A DNA stretch of 63,043 nucleotides, counting the filler, from Reticulomyxa filosa (Eukaryota; Protista; Foraminifera): assembly GCA_000512085.1 (NCBI GenBank). It is 24 parts of 24 records of this genome, joined end to end, with 100 filler letters (N's around TTAATTAATTAA, not from the genome) between each part and the next. Parts side by side here need not be neighbours in the genome. Positions count along the whole stretch, not along the records: positions 35,455 to 46,278 come from ASPP01006828.1; positions 46,379 to 47,690 come from ASPP01004886.1; positions 47,791 to 50,737 come from ASPP01007629.1; positions 50,838 to 52,685 come from ASPP01006890.1; positions 52,786 to 53,785 come from ASPP01050453.1; 19 more parts are not named here. One strand, 5' to 3'. This document shows, piece after piece, positions 40,901 to 53,785 of the stretch. The notes below the pieces were generated by a model. The model searched no databases and was not told the DNA's origin. It saw only the letters and a list, made by a program, of their open reading frames with translations. The translations under genes were made by a program, and so were the position numbers. Within the stretch, counting starts at the first letter, position 1, and each line of letters opens with the position of its first letter.

Positions 40901-42150
40901 TGTCAATCTGTCCTTCCCCATCAAAGAGTTATTTCTCTTCAACTTGTTCTGTCTGTTATCACTTCCACCACCAATGTTACCAATGGTCACTTTTGTATCA
41001 TTGCCCTCATTGGCTTTATTTTCTTGTCGCAACGTCATTATGTCTTTCAACTCCGAATACTTTTTTCGCAAAAAAAAAAAAAAAATAAAGAAGCAACCCC
41101 AAAAAAAAAAAAAAAGAAAAAGAAAAATTTTTAAAAACTGATTTTCCCAAGAAATCCTTCGCCCACGCAGTTAAAATTTCTTTGGCTTTGGGAAAACCAA
41201 TTTTAAATGTTTCATAATTGCACGCATAGACGGCAATTGTCGATTATTTTCAGCATAAATTTTTCCAAATTCTTGAAAATAACTGTCCCAATCCTCTGAT
41301 GGCTGCGTACGCTTTTTTTGTGTGTTTTATTTATTTTGCTCATTTTTTTTCTTGTTCAATTAACTTGAGTTTTTGTTTTTGGTGAGATATTTTTTTTAAC
41401 CTCTCTTTTTTTTTCGGACAATGACAATGGTGACGAGTTTCTTCGAAATTTTTTGATTGGGGGACTTGAGGTTGGATCAATACCATAACTCATGTCTGTA
41501 AACTGTTTATCATTTTTTTTTATATAGTGTTTGTTGGAAGACGTCCAAGTGCACCCAACAAAATAAGACGCGAATGTGTTTTTTTTTATCATAACTGATC
41601 TCTTTTGAGTCTCTTTTCGGGTTTGAGTTGGTTTTGGATTGGGTGTGGCTAAATCTGGAGGTATGTTGTTGAAATTCTCTTCGCACTGTGCTTTTGAATC
41701 CCAAATCATTCCAACACCTTTTTCGGTTGGACACACACTGTCCATTATCGTTCGGAAACATGGCATAGACGCCACTATCTTGGCTGGGTCTAGAGATGTT
41801 GTTGTTATGTTGGAATGTGATGGCGAGTCATCGATACTCGGTAAAGACAATGACAGTCCGCTGTCCGTGTCCATAGATGTGTTGCTGGTACTGTTGCTTG
41901 TGTGCGTGTGCATAGAAGAGAGAGTTGGTTTGCTCATTTGTGCGTGTCCAGCTGATGCCATTGGTGGACGATGGTGTGTGTTCATTTCTATCGAGGGCTG
42001 GAAGCCTGCCTCTCCTGGAGTGCCTGAGAACGCTACAAAGCCAGCGTACGAATTATTTAACGTTAAACCTGTTGGTAGTTTTAAGTGGTTAGTGCCATAA
42101 CCGTCACTTTCTGAATTTCGATGTGCACTTCTCATTTGAAAATTATACAT
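37938..42150 (-). CDS. Large hypothetical multi-exon protein: disordered N-terminus, small HTH-like segment, helical TPR-like C-terminal region
   Basis: Consecutive minus-strand ORFs 41356-42150, 40238-41071, 39820-40176, 39329-39736, 39084-39335, 38565-38786, 38280-38513 and 37938-38171, separated by intron-like tracts. Confidence 0.65.
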
Positions 42151-42513
42151 TGCTGCGAACGGAGAAAGGGGAAAGGAAATGTTCGTTGCTTGTTGTAGTA
42201 CCAGTGCTTTTATTTAACTAGATAATTATTAATGTAATTTTTTCAGCAATAAATATCTATTAATGAGGCTGCTGTGTTTGGAACCAAAAAAAAGAACTAT
42301 AATGAGGCATTCTGCGAATGAATTGGAGGCAGTTACCATATGAAAAACATTTAAATAAGCAGTATGATAGTGAATGAAAGAAAAACAATTACGGAAGAGT
42401 TATATGTTTGTTTTATCAAAAAAACGACACATAATGATTTAAATAAAATGATCACAATATTAAAAAATAAATAAACAACAGCAAATAGCATCTATGTTAC
42501 CGCGAAGCTTATT

Positions 42514-44639
42514 TTACTGCTTTATCCTTGCCAAACGTTTCTCTTCTAATTTTTGCATATAATGGAAGGAATCTAACGTGATCGCATCGGCATTTAACAA
42601 TGTTGTATTGATCAGTCTTATCAGTGTCAGACGGTAATGTAATGTGTCTTGCGTTGCATCTTTACAATTTTGGCGGATCGCAACAAAGTCTTGCTCAATG
42701 GCCTGATCGTGATAACAAATAAACAAATGGATAAAAAAAAGTGTAAAAAAAAGTTCTTTTTGAATACCTTTGTCAAGTCTTCATTTAAGGAAAAATTTTC
42801 AGTCAAGCCTCTTGCCATTGCCAAATACATTCGAAATACTTTCAACTTATTCTCATCCACAGTATCACCAACACATTGTGTCTTGTCTTTGGATGTATCT
42901 TTTTGATCGGGTTCAGATTGTGTTTTTGTCAGCACAAAATTGGATGAGTCATTATTTTCTGTTTCCGAATCTGTAACTTGTTTTTTTTGTGGTGTTTCCA
43001 AAACAAGGGGTACCGAGGCATGAGTTGTAAATCCAAAGTTCATTTTTTTTTGTTCATCCGTTTGCACAGTCACGACAGGAAGATCACAATCAAAAGGCAA
43101 ATCATAGAATCCAAAGTCGTACGTGATTGTTTGATTATTTACCAACTCTTTCAAAGCTTTCAAATTCAAAACGCCACATTCATTGAATTTGCCAATACCT
43201 AATTTGGTCTGGTTAACTATCAATTGCGTATGATTTGCCATTTGTAAACAATAATTGTGGTCATTGATCACTAGTTCTTCAGTATCATGATTTTTTACTG
43301 GAACAATTCGTTGCTTATTAAAACCATCAAAATCCACGTCAAGACGCACACAGCGAGGCAATAGTTTGGAGTACATTGCTTGCAAATTCTCAATCACTTT
43401 ATCCTTTGTTTGTTATGTTTGAAAATCAATTTGATGTTCGGTTGGGACAATACAAAATAAAGTGTAAAACGTACACAAAGAGATTTTTGCTGTCCGGGCA
43501 AATCAGTGATAGACAAGATCATGTTTCCAACCAAAACTCCACCAATCTTTTTGTTCCTATGAACAACTCTCGACACCATGTTATATAGTATGTATTCCGC
43601 GACCAGTTTGTCATTGTGAACAAAGCCACTGATATAATCAATCAACTCATCTCGCACTGAAGTTGCTCCGTATTCTTCTTTGAACGACTCCAGCATCTTT
43701 TTGAATTCCACTGTTTCTTCATTGCTTTCGCCCAATTTCGGGACTTGGTCGTGGAATCTCGTTACTTTTTTCCAGTAAATCACGTGAATCAAAGGTAGTG
43801 TACTTGCGTAGTGATTGTCCTACAAGCCCACCCCCAATTAAAATATCTTTGTACCATCACCAAAAAAAAAAAAAAAAAAAATCATTTCTGACCTCTTCTG
43901 ATATCGATTCAAGTGCATTTTCATCACTTTTTGGTGATGGATAATATACTCCATAGACATCAATTATATCACAAATCGATATCGAACTGGGATGGCAATA
44001 TAATTTCGCCACACATTTTTTGAGGTTGGATGTGCTTATTTTCGCTGACTCATCTTTCATATCTGTTCCGGCGTTTTCATCTTTGAAAAATGTGTTATCA
44101 AAAAAAAAAAAATAATAATAAGTAAGTTTGAGCAAAGGAGACAGAGACAAAGACTCAATACACTGATCCACAACAAAACTCAAATGGGTAGGGCACCACT
44201 CTGCCTCCCCGGGAATTGCTGTTAGAATTAACGGATATCTTTGCGACGTTTTGTTGTTATTGTTGGCCAAATCTAGCTTTTCTATGTTTGATAATAATTC
44301 ACAATAGCTAGTTTCATAGAATTCACTCTTTGAGTCCTTGCTTTGAATCTTCGACAAATATAGTTCTGGATTCAGTTGATCTCGGACAAGACCACGAAAC
44401 CGAATCAGACCACTCACATTTGTGTTAGTCCCAACGTTTAAAAATGGGATCTATTATTATTTTTATTTTTTTGAGTTGAAGAAAATATAAGACAACAGCA
44501 GTGCAGTCACAGCACTCACGTCGTTCTGGCTTTTCAAGATCTCACTGGCACAACGGGAATACCAATACTCTGAGGTTTTATCTGGATTCATTTGGATAAA
44601 TCCAAGTGGGTCTTTTATAAAATTGATATCGCTGCACAT
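42514..44639 (-). CDS. MCMBP: Mini-chromosome maintenance complex-binding protein, multi-exon
   Basis: DPLGFIQ, IPFLN...LIRFRGLVRDQLNPELYL, RYPLILTAIPGEAEW, DKLVAEYILYNMVSRV, LQMANHTQL, GVLNLKALKELVNNQTITYDFGFY, FRMYLAMAR, IEQDFVAIRQ and MQKLEEKRLAR. Confidence 0.9.
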
Positions 44640-45295
44640 TGTAGGGAAAGCTATTTATATATAACCAAAATTACTCAAGTTTTTAAAAAAAATTTTGTGC
44701 GAGTGTTACAGAATCTTTTTAAAAGAATTATAATATACTAATTTTTTACGAATAATTCCTTCTAAAAAAAACAAAGCCATATTACAAAAAATTAGCTTAA
44801 AAAAATTTGAAGCATATCAGCAAGCCCGCCTTGAAGAAACTTCAAATTGTTGATAGCAATACAACACAATAATTACTAACGTGCAAGAAGTGTGAAGTTT
44901 TACTGAGTTTTTTTCGGAGGCCTATGAAATCAAAGCAATAAATGAATAAGGTAAAAAAACAAAAGCAAAAAGTTATGGGAAAAAACGAATTTATAAGTTC
45001 AGACATACCTCTTTTCCTTACTAGGGCCTTACCCTACAACTGCAACGAAATAATTTAATTTTAGTCTTGATTTAAAAACAAAGAATAGTGAAAAAAAATT
45101 TTCCCTTATGCCCAAGAGAGTGCTAATAAGCAGCTGTTATGAATTAAAATAAATTTATAAGTAGGAGAAGTGTCATAATCATAATAAATCGATTAACATT
45201 ATCTACTTGTGTTAACAATAACAACAAAAAAAAATTGGCAAAGATCCGCATTGAAATTGTTTTGTAGTATAAAAGTTGTTTGTGTTTATGTATTG

Positions 45296-46215
45296 TCAAT
45301 CACCAAAAATGGCTCTCAATCCAGGAACAGCGGATTTGTGTTTGTCAATCTTTTTTTTGGGAGCACTTGGCTTCATGACTCTTTGTTGTTGTTTTCTTTC
45401 GATTTTTCCGGCATCAGTTGTTCGTTGTCTGTCATCACCTCGACTCCTTTCTCGACTCGCTCTCATTTCATCAGTGGTCCGTCTTCTACGATTGACATCT
45501 CTCAAATCCCTCTCTCTTTCTCTGCCCCTCTCTCTGTCCCTGTGATTCAACATGATGGCCCGTTCATGATGCATGAAGGCCCCACCAACATCCATTCCCA
45601 TGTCAATGTCAATATTTTCATGGAACCTGTTCATCCTTCGGGATTCATACGCTTGCATGGGAGGAGCAGCCTCTCCATAGGGATTGAAGGGCAGCCCGAA
45701 CCCGCCGTCGTAGGTATCATGCATCGGATACATTTGCTGCATGGGCATTGGCATAGACATCGGCATCATTGAGTTTTGATGTGATTGGTGTTGAAAGCCC
45801 AATAATGTGTGATCTTGGGCATCGAATTTATTGGAATTGAGAGCATTCACATGAGATCCTGTTTGATCGACTGAAGAAGACGACGATGAAGAAGAAGAAG
45901 AAGAAGAAGATGCAGAGGAAGACCCTTGTATGGGTTGAGAAGATGAAGTTGTGACTGCGTTAACGGGTGCACCGGGAATAGTGACCGGCACGTGTTCATA
46001 CGAGAACACACCACTCATGAAAGGGTCCTCTTCCTCCGCCGTGTTAATCCACTCCTCCAAATTCACTCCGCCAAAGTCGTTCACTGACTTCATTCCATGA
46101 TTGGAGCCTCCCAACGGGTTGTATTTCGTCGCCATTGCCAACGTCCGAAATGCAGCATCGCGGTTTGCTTTTCCAGACAATTGATTGGCGTTGTATTGAT
46201 CATTCATCTCATCAC
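45296..46215 (-). CDS. Hypothetical protein, last exon (Ser/Met/Arg-rich low complexity)
   Basis: 303-aa ORF with coding-like composition; 5' side truncated by an intron and the spacer. Confidence 0.65.
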
Positions 46216-46237
46216 CTTTTTTTTTAAAAAAAATTTA

Positions 46238-46278
<41 letters not shown>

Positions 46279-46409
46279 NNNNNNNNNNNNNNNNNNNNNN
46301 NNNNNNNNNNNNNNNNNNNNNNTTAATTAATTAANNNNNNNNNNNNNNNNNNNNNNNNNNNNNNNNNNNNNNNNNNNNTAAATAAATAATTATTATTAAT
46401 AAATACATA

Positions 46410-46447
<38 letters not shown>

Positions 46448-46496
46448 TTAATTAATTATTATTATTTGTTTGTCATTTTGTTGTTATCTGTCATAG

Positions 46497-46893
46497 CTTG
46501 CTCTCGCGAGTACTCGCTTTGTGCTGCCAAAAAATGCTATTTGGTGCGGTTCACAAACTAATGAGTGAGGTCATCCCCAAACCTGAAGGCATGCCCATTG
46601 GCACTTTGGCAGACAAACTCTGGCATATTGAACTTGTTTTTCAAACCAATCAAATGCTCAAAGTCTTGCACAAACGTGTTGGCATTGCATGCAAAGGGAT
46701 GGCCGAGAAAGAATACCACGTCTCGTGGGAAATTGATGCCAGCATTCAAGTCAACATTGAGGATGTTTGCAAGTCAAAATGCAATAGTGCTTTTTTGCGG
46801 GTTACCGACTTGCAGTTTCATCCAAATGTAACCAGTGAATACAAGCATTCCATTTTGACAAAACTTGGAGGAGGAAATTTAATTGTTCTTTAA
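46497..46893 (+). CDS. C-terminal exon of a protein resembling the GlfB-like C-terminal domain (protist family)
   Basis: AG acceptor at 46495-46496; WHIEL...VLHKR...VSWEI...LRVTDLQF...LGGGNLIV pattern recalled from that domain; not searched. Confidence 0.45.
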
Positions 46894-47331
46894 ACGTGCT
46901 TCTTTTTTTTTTTTTTAACGTTATATACACTGAACCCCATTTGTGTATCTCTTTCTTGTACCAGTCTGAAAGAGAAAACGTACTTTTCCAACTTCTTACG
47001 CTATGTTTATACAAATCTCTCTTGTCCATATTCAGAACAGCAATGCGAACCTCACAACACAAATTCGAGAAAATAAAAAAGCAGTTTCTTTTGGGTATTG
47101 TTTGTAAACATTGGTTATTAATTTCAATCCTTTCCTAATGGTTTTAATTAAACTGGTAATGCTGATAATCGTACAATCAACTGCAAAAAAAAATTAACTG
47201 TACAAACGTTTGCGATTTTATTACAAATGATATTAACAAGTGTGGGAACCCAAAAATACTTTGGATTTAAATAAATATTTTAAATAGATTATAAGAACTC
47301 TTCTTGGCAACTAATTGATATTTACTCGATT

Positions 47332-47690
47332 ATGACGAATGAAATTGCCTCAATTGGTATTGACTTGGGTATGACGTACTCACGTGTTGGTACATGGAAA
47401 AACAACGCTGTGGAAATTATCCCAAATAATATGGGAGAGCGAACAACCCCTTCTTGCGTATCTTTCAGTGATACAGAAAGATTGGTGGGAACAGCAGCCA
47501 GATATGGATATGCAAGAAATTCAGAAAATACTGTATTTGATGCAAAACGATTGATTGGACGAAAGTTGAGTGAGGAAAAAAGAAGTTACGAAAGAACAAT
47601 TTTTTTTTAAAAAAATAGATTTGATGATCCAGTAGTCCAAAGAGAAATGAAATGGTGGCCATTTAAAGTGGTAAAAGAATCACAAAACCG
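47332..47690 (+). CDS. HSP70: Hsp70 family chaperone, N-terminal ATPase part (3'-truncated)
   Basis: [13 protein letters not shown]...[27 protein letters not shown]...[13 protein letters not shown], intron, [18 protein letters not shown]. Confidence 0.9.
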
Positions 47691-47828
47691 NNNNNNNNNN
47701 NNNNNNNNNNNNNNNNNNNNNNNNNNNNNNNNNNTTAATTAATTAANNNNNNNNNNNNNNNNNNNNNNNNNNNNNNNNNNNNNNNNNNNNCAACAACAAC
47801 AACAACAACAACATTAATTATAAAATAG

Positions 47829-48391
47829 CAACCACGAAACATGTGAAATGGAATTGCAATCCAAGGACTCCATGGTACGTGTTTGACTCGTTTCACAGCG
47901 ACAACTTATTTATGACAAAAGAGCAAGGCACGATAGTGCACTCCAAGTCCAGTGGCATCTTTGCATGCAGCAAAGTGCGGATTTACAGCAGCCAGGAGAA
48001 CTCGGGCAAACACTCATGGCAGATTCACTGGACAAAGGGTCCGAAACCCACCGTCGGCATTTTGAGCAAAGAAGACGTCAAACTAATTGCGAGTTTAAAA
48101 GAAATGAACATCTTTGGGCAGTGGGTTCGTCTCGCTTATTACTGGGATTCCAATAACAACTTCTATATCAACGAAAACGGAAAAGAAACTGTTCTACGCA
48201 GTGGCTTGGAGGCCGTCAAATGTGGAGACTGGTTTCAAGTCCAACTCAAAGGTAACATCATCACTGTCAACAAAAAAGGGGGCACACATTTCGACTTTGT
48301 TGTCAAAGAAAATGTCTATTATGTCCCTTTCATTTATGCCACCGGCAAAGATTGTCTTTGTGTTATCAAACCTTTAAAAGCAAGAGAATAA
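47829..48391 (+). CDS. B30.2/SPRY-like domain, last exon
   Basis: NSGKHSWQIHW...TVGIL...YYWDSNNNFY...GDWFQVQL...YYVPFI beta-sandwich pattern. Confidence 0.55.
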
Positions 48392-49059
48392 GCCATTGCA
48401 TCTGCTCTCTCTCTCTAATATCCTTTTTTTTATTATTGGAAATGACTTATCACATTTATATTCAAAGAAATAAAACAACAATTTATGGCCAAACCGTCTT
48501 CTTTTTTTTTTTTGTTTTGTATATGTTTTGTGGTGTAAATGCAAATCAGGTTTGGGTTAATCAAAACACTTTTTCAAGTTTAATTACTCATTGTTTGAAT
48601 AAGCAATTTATAAAAATGAAAAACATCAACTAACCCTTCTGCGATTGTTTTTCACAGTTGTGTATCCCTTTCCAAAAAAAAAACTATTATTTTTAAAAAT
48701 TAATTTGTGCCCTTTTCCCGTTAATTTTCTAATTAAAAATCTTTTTTGATGCAAAAAAAGAATTAAAAAATTCCTCATCAAAGCAAATTCCAACCAAAAT
48801 TTGAGAAAAGAATTGCTATAACAAGTGGTATTATTGTATTGCGTTTGAAACAGACGGTTCGACGTTGTTGAACCGTTAAGAACTCAATGAATCATATAAT
48901 TCACTAGAAATGGGAAGAAAGCAACAAAACAATTGTAATTTTCAACACATTTTAAAACAAACAACATAGGAAAAAGGAAGAAGAAAAAAACTTTATTGAA
49001 TTTCGTGTTCGGTGGCAATAATCTTTTATTTATTTATTTTTTTTTTAAGGTTTGTTGGC

Positions 49060-50028
49060 CTACCATCTCCCTTGATCTCTGAAGCCACCGCCTCCGCCAC
49101 CTCTAAAGCCACCACCTCCGCCTCCTCTGAAGCCACCACCTCCGCCACCTCTGAAGCCACCGCCTCCTCCACCTCTGAAGCCTCCTCCCCCATTTTGAAT
49201 CCCCCTCCTCCTCCTCCTCTAAACCCACCGCCACCTCGGCCTCCTCCTCGACCGCCACGGCCTCCGCCTGCATGTTTGCCTATTATTATTTTTATTTCGT
49301 TGTTTCCATTCACGTCATTCGTTCGTTATTGATAGCCATTTCAAAAAAAAACAAACAAAATCAGACCTGGTTTTTTCATAATAAGTTGTCCTGGCTTTGG
49401 AAGGAAGCGGTCTTTGTCTAGTAATTTGCTTCTCATAATGTAACAAACATCGTCTCTTGTCACTGAATTGATGTCAAAGTTTTCATCGGGTTTCACTGAA
49501 AAGTGCTGATTAAACAAAAAACAAAAATACATTGAAATTACTATCATACGTTTATTTACTTTTTTTATTGTTCTTGTTGTGACAGGAATAGATTATTCGC
49601 AAAAAAAAAAAAAAAAAGGGCTTGGATAAAAAAGGAAAAAATCGCACAAAAAAAAAAAGGTTTGTCCACTTAACAACATCGTCGACTACACCCAATATTT
49701 CTTCAATTTGTCCAATTCTGTTCAAATTATCATTCCCATCCTTCATAAAAATGGCAGCGTTGAAATGTGGTACCATGTGATTTGGCGAAGATGATTTGAA
49801 GATTAAGAAATTTTCACTTGTGTGCAAATATGCTCCTATCTGATCCGTGTTTTGTAGAGTCGGTGGCTCGTCGTCGCGACCACGATCTCTTCCTCCGAAG
49901 CCTCCTCTTCCTCCGCCGAAGCCTCCTCTTCCTCCTCCACGTCCACCACCGCGACCTCTACCGCCGCCACCTCTACCGCCGCCACCTCTACCACCGCCGC
50001 CTCTACCACCGAATCCGCCACGGCCCAT
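49060..50028 (-). CDS. GAR1: H/ACA snoRNP subunit GAR1; one homopolymer frameshift near 49190
   Basis: N- and C-terminal RGG boxes flank the core IGAYLHTSENFLI...VPHFNAAIF...IGQIEEILG...FSVKPDE...KLLDKDRFLPKP; TAG at 49060-49062. Confidence 0.92.
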
Positions 50029-50837
50029 GAGTGATATTTGTCAGATGTTTTTTTTAAAACCCTTTTTCAATATTGACTTCCTTCTACCTTTTTAAACTAA
50101 ACTGCTTTCTAAAGATTGCTGTATTTTGTAGTTTACAACCAAAGAAAATGGATATCTGTTTTCTTGAAATTGAACAAATTTTCTTTAAAGCATTAGAACA
50201 ATGCTTTTTCCAAAAAAACATATCGCTTATTAACATGCTGTCATTGCCTTGTTTTTGACTAACAATCAAAAGTGGATTTCAATCACATTTGCTGCACTTC
50301 GTTTGAAAAAAGAAGAAACAAACAGTATTGGCACTGTAATTTTTTTAATGCTAAAGTGATACTAGCAAAATAGTATGACAGAAATACATCTTTATTTAAT
50401 AGATCTATCATGCCAGATCGTGCAAGCAATTGGTTTGCTTAAAATTAAAACAATTTTTCAAATTACACTATTTACAATAATTTTATAATACGTATAATTT
50501 TACAGCTACTTGTATTTCACGATTCGCTGCAGCATCACATTTCTTTCTCAAAAACGTCAAGTCAAAAAAACAGTTTCATAACATTACACGTTTATTTGAA
50601 AGGCATATTGATCTTCAGCTGTAGTTCAACTAGCAAAAAAATGATAAAAAACCCGCTCTAAATATTGCGTATATAACAAAAAACAATAAAAAAGTAACAA
50701 TATTGTAGTGATACTGTAGGGAGTCTACAGTGAAGAGNNNNNNNNNNNNNNNNNNNNNNNNNNNNNNNNNNNNNNNNNNNNTTAATTAATTAANNNNNNN
50801 NNNNNNNNNNNNNNNNNNNNNNNNNNNNNNNNNNNNN

Positions 50838-50869
<32 letters not shown>

Positions 50870-50894
50870 AAAAAAAAAATTGTAAAATTTGCGT

Positions 50895-51236
50895 ATACCC
50901 GAAGTCGTTTCTTGATGCTTTTTTTCGTTATCATTTTCAACCTCCTTTTTAATTTCTTCAATATTTTTTTTCAGATTTTATCACGACTTTGGAACCTTCA
51001 TTTGTCTTTTTTTCTTCCTCAGGTGATATGTCTCGAAACTTTCGCTTGCGTTTTGGATTTGTCTTCCCATTTTCATTGGCACAAGTGTCATTGCCTTGCG
51101 TATTGTTGTTATTGACAGCCGAGTTCTGCACAGAAGTAGGGAGTACAGAAGCACAGCCGTTTTCAGTGGTTGAATTCTCTTTTTTCTTATTCGGGTTGTG
51201 GCTATTTTCTGGTAAATCGGAATTTACCGAGTTCAT
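50895..51236 (-). CDS. Hypothetical protein, N-terminal exon (basic, NLS-like PKRKRK)
   Basis: ORF 50958-51236 with coding-like composition, running into the contig end. Confidence 0.45.
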
Positions 51237-51769
51237 TATAACCTCCTATCAAACTAAATCTCTATAACAACAACAAAAATCCTTTGTCAGTACCCGTTCA
51301 ATTTCGGAGTTTTTATCCACTTAAAATTGAAAGTCCGCTCGGACTTCCAAAAACGTTTTGTGTTTTTAAAATAAAAAAACGGGGAAAAAAAATAGTTGAC
51401 AGCCGTCACTATTAATTTACATTGGACAGTAATTAAGAAGATTTTTTGCTGTATTTTAGGATCACCAAAAAAAAAAAGATTATGGAAATTTGTGAATAAT
51501 TTTGTTTCCTTATGTGATAATGCAACAAATTGCAAATTAATCTAAGGAGACAACCAAGTAAGTTAAGAGAGGGGATTGAATTGAGCACAAAGGGAAAAAA
51601 ATCTGAGTTTGTAAGCGCCCAAACAACACCGCAATATAAGTATCACAAAAGTAAATCTTGTGAGACATTGGTTTGAAATTGTTACTACTTCCAACATCCA
51701 CATGTTTTAAATTCAGACACAAGTGTTCAACACATGTGTGTGTGCGTGTGATGCGCCGAGAAGCGAATT

Positions 51770-52595
51770 TTATCGCCGGTACACTTTAAATGGGTGTGGT
51801 GAGCCCCACGCCCAAGCTAGTTTCTGTACGCCGCTAAACATTCGTTCACTTTTCTGCACATCGCTGTGCTTCGAGATATTATTGTATGTTGCAGTCCATA
51901 TGGCCTCATCGTTGATATGAAACATTTTTCTAACACTGTCCACCGCGATTGGGGGTTGTTTTTCGTACAAGTTGCAATTTCGTGACAAATGACTTAGCAC
52001 TTCCTCCGTGTATTCTATGGAAGAAGCCAAGCAATAATAATGATGTGTTAAAACCGCAAATCAAGACAAAGACAAAGATAAAGATAAAGATAAAAAATAA
52101 AATAAAAAGTTTGGAACATGCTATAACCTTGGATCAGCTTTTTTTTTTTTGATAGGCATTATAGCGACAAAAGACAAACAGAACGAGGCTAAAGACAGTG
52201 GCAATGGTAATGAGCAGGGATGCCTGTTGTTTAAGCCACGGAAGAAAAATGCAACTCATAGGTTTGATAGGTTCAGTGGAGGTCCATGTGTCGGTGGCGG
52301 TATCATACTTGACACTGGACATGTGCTCAATGACCCGTGTTCGGAAGAGTTCAAAGGCCTTTTCCCAGATCAGTTCTTCCTCCAATGTCAGTATGCCGAA
52401 TGCCTGACGCGCAAACTCTTGGATCTCTCTCGTGTTCGGGTTAGGATAGACACTGGGGTAGCCGCACAGTTGAAGGCCGTACTCTTGTCCTAACTTCCTT
52501 TCAAGGATCGCCTCAATCTTCTCCATTACGCGTCCCACAGGAGCGTCCAGCACGCACATGTGTCCCTTTTTCACGTAATAATCGTCGCAAGTCAT
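51770..52595 (-). CDS. MAN1/Src1-like inner-nuclear-membrane protein, C-terminal (MSC) region
   Basis: Luminal cysteines (CDDYYVKKGHMCVLD, CG), TM LLITIATVFSLVLFVF, then winged-helix-like IAVDSVR...IWTATYNNISKHSDVQKSERMFSGVQKLAWAW. Confidence 0.65.
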
Positions 52596-52617
52596 TTGTC
52601 CTTTGTTTGTTTTATTA

Positions 52618-52666
<49 letters not shown>

Positions 52667-53164
52667 GACTCTTATGCAATCATCANNNNNNNNNNNNNNN
52701 NNNNNNNNNNNNNNNNNNNNNNNNNNNNNTTAATTAATTAANNNNNNNNNNNNNNNNNNNNNNNNNNNNNNNNNNNNNNNNNNNNACAATGTCGGATCAA
52801 GATTAACCCTTGACACGAGAATCGGAATTATCGCCTAACGATGTAATGGTTGTAAAATTGGATTTGAAAGCGAGAACATCGAAAAAAATATTTGAAACAA
52901 AATTTTGGGATTCATCGATCAAAGCACTGGCGAAATATTCGACTATTGGTCGTTTATCCAATTTGTGATTCAACTGGTCCCGAAACGCATGGCATTCCAC
53001 TTTGTGATGCAGAGAGAGTTAGACTTGGGCGATTAAAGGCAACAAATGTTTAGTTTACAGATTGGACTTTAACAAAATCAACGGACTACACATGTTTAGT
53101 CGTATGTACATAGAAATCCAACGACGGATGCACATGATCACTTGCTTGATAACCCAACTGTGAT

Positions 53165-53785
53165 TTGACCAAATATATAAATGATATCAACTTGTTGGTC
53201 AACACAAAATGTGAAACTTTGTCACCAACAAGCGCGCTGGCACAGTCACCAACTAATGCTCCAACATTCAGCCCAACCTTTTATCCAACGAAATCAGTCC
53301 GAATATTCGCAACAAACGCTCCAACGTGCTCCAACATTCTTGCCAACAGAGTCGCCAACGTATTCGCCACGATGACAAACATTCTCCCCAATGACTCACC
53401 ATTCACCAACGGATGCTCAACCTTTCTCCAACGATTTACCGACGACACCCAACACATTCACCGGCGGTGCCACATTCAGTCCAACGGATGCCTCGACATT
53501 CTCTCCAACATTCTCCCGGGTGCCCCGACATTTAGCCCTACGTATACCAACGAATGCACCACGCATCACCAACATTCTCCAACGAGCGCTCCAACATACA
53601 GCCACGCACTCACCAACCATACACTCACACAACATATTCCAACGCGCACCAACAAGCGCTCCACGTATTCTCCAACAAATGCCCGACAATCACCGACTGT
53701 GATATTCGCCAACAAATGCAACTTTCCTTCAACATATTCAACAAACTCCCCCAACATTAGTCCAAATCTCGCCAACCATTCACCA
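53165..53785 (+). pseudogene. PT-repeat (SPTxAPT) coding segment with many indels (pseudogene or low-quality contig)
   Basis: SPTNAPTFSPT units shift between all three frames. Confidence 0.55.

Noticed and set aside
9181-44639. ORC5 + ORC3 + MCMBP as one replication gene cluster
   Set aside because: ORC5 is separated from the others by many spacers, and contig order is arbitrary.
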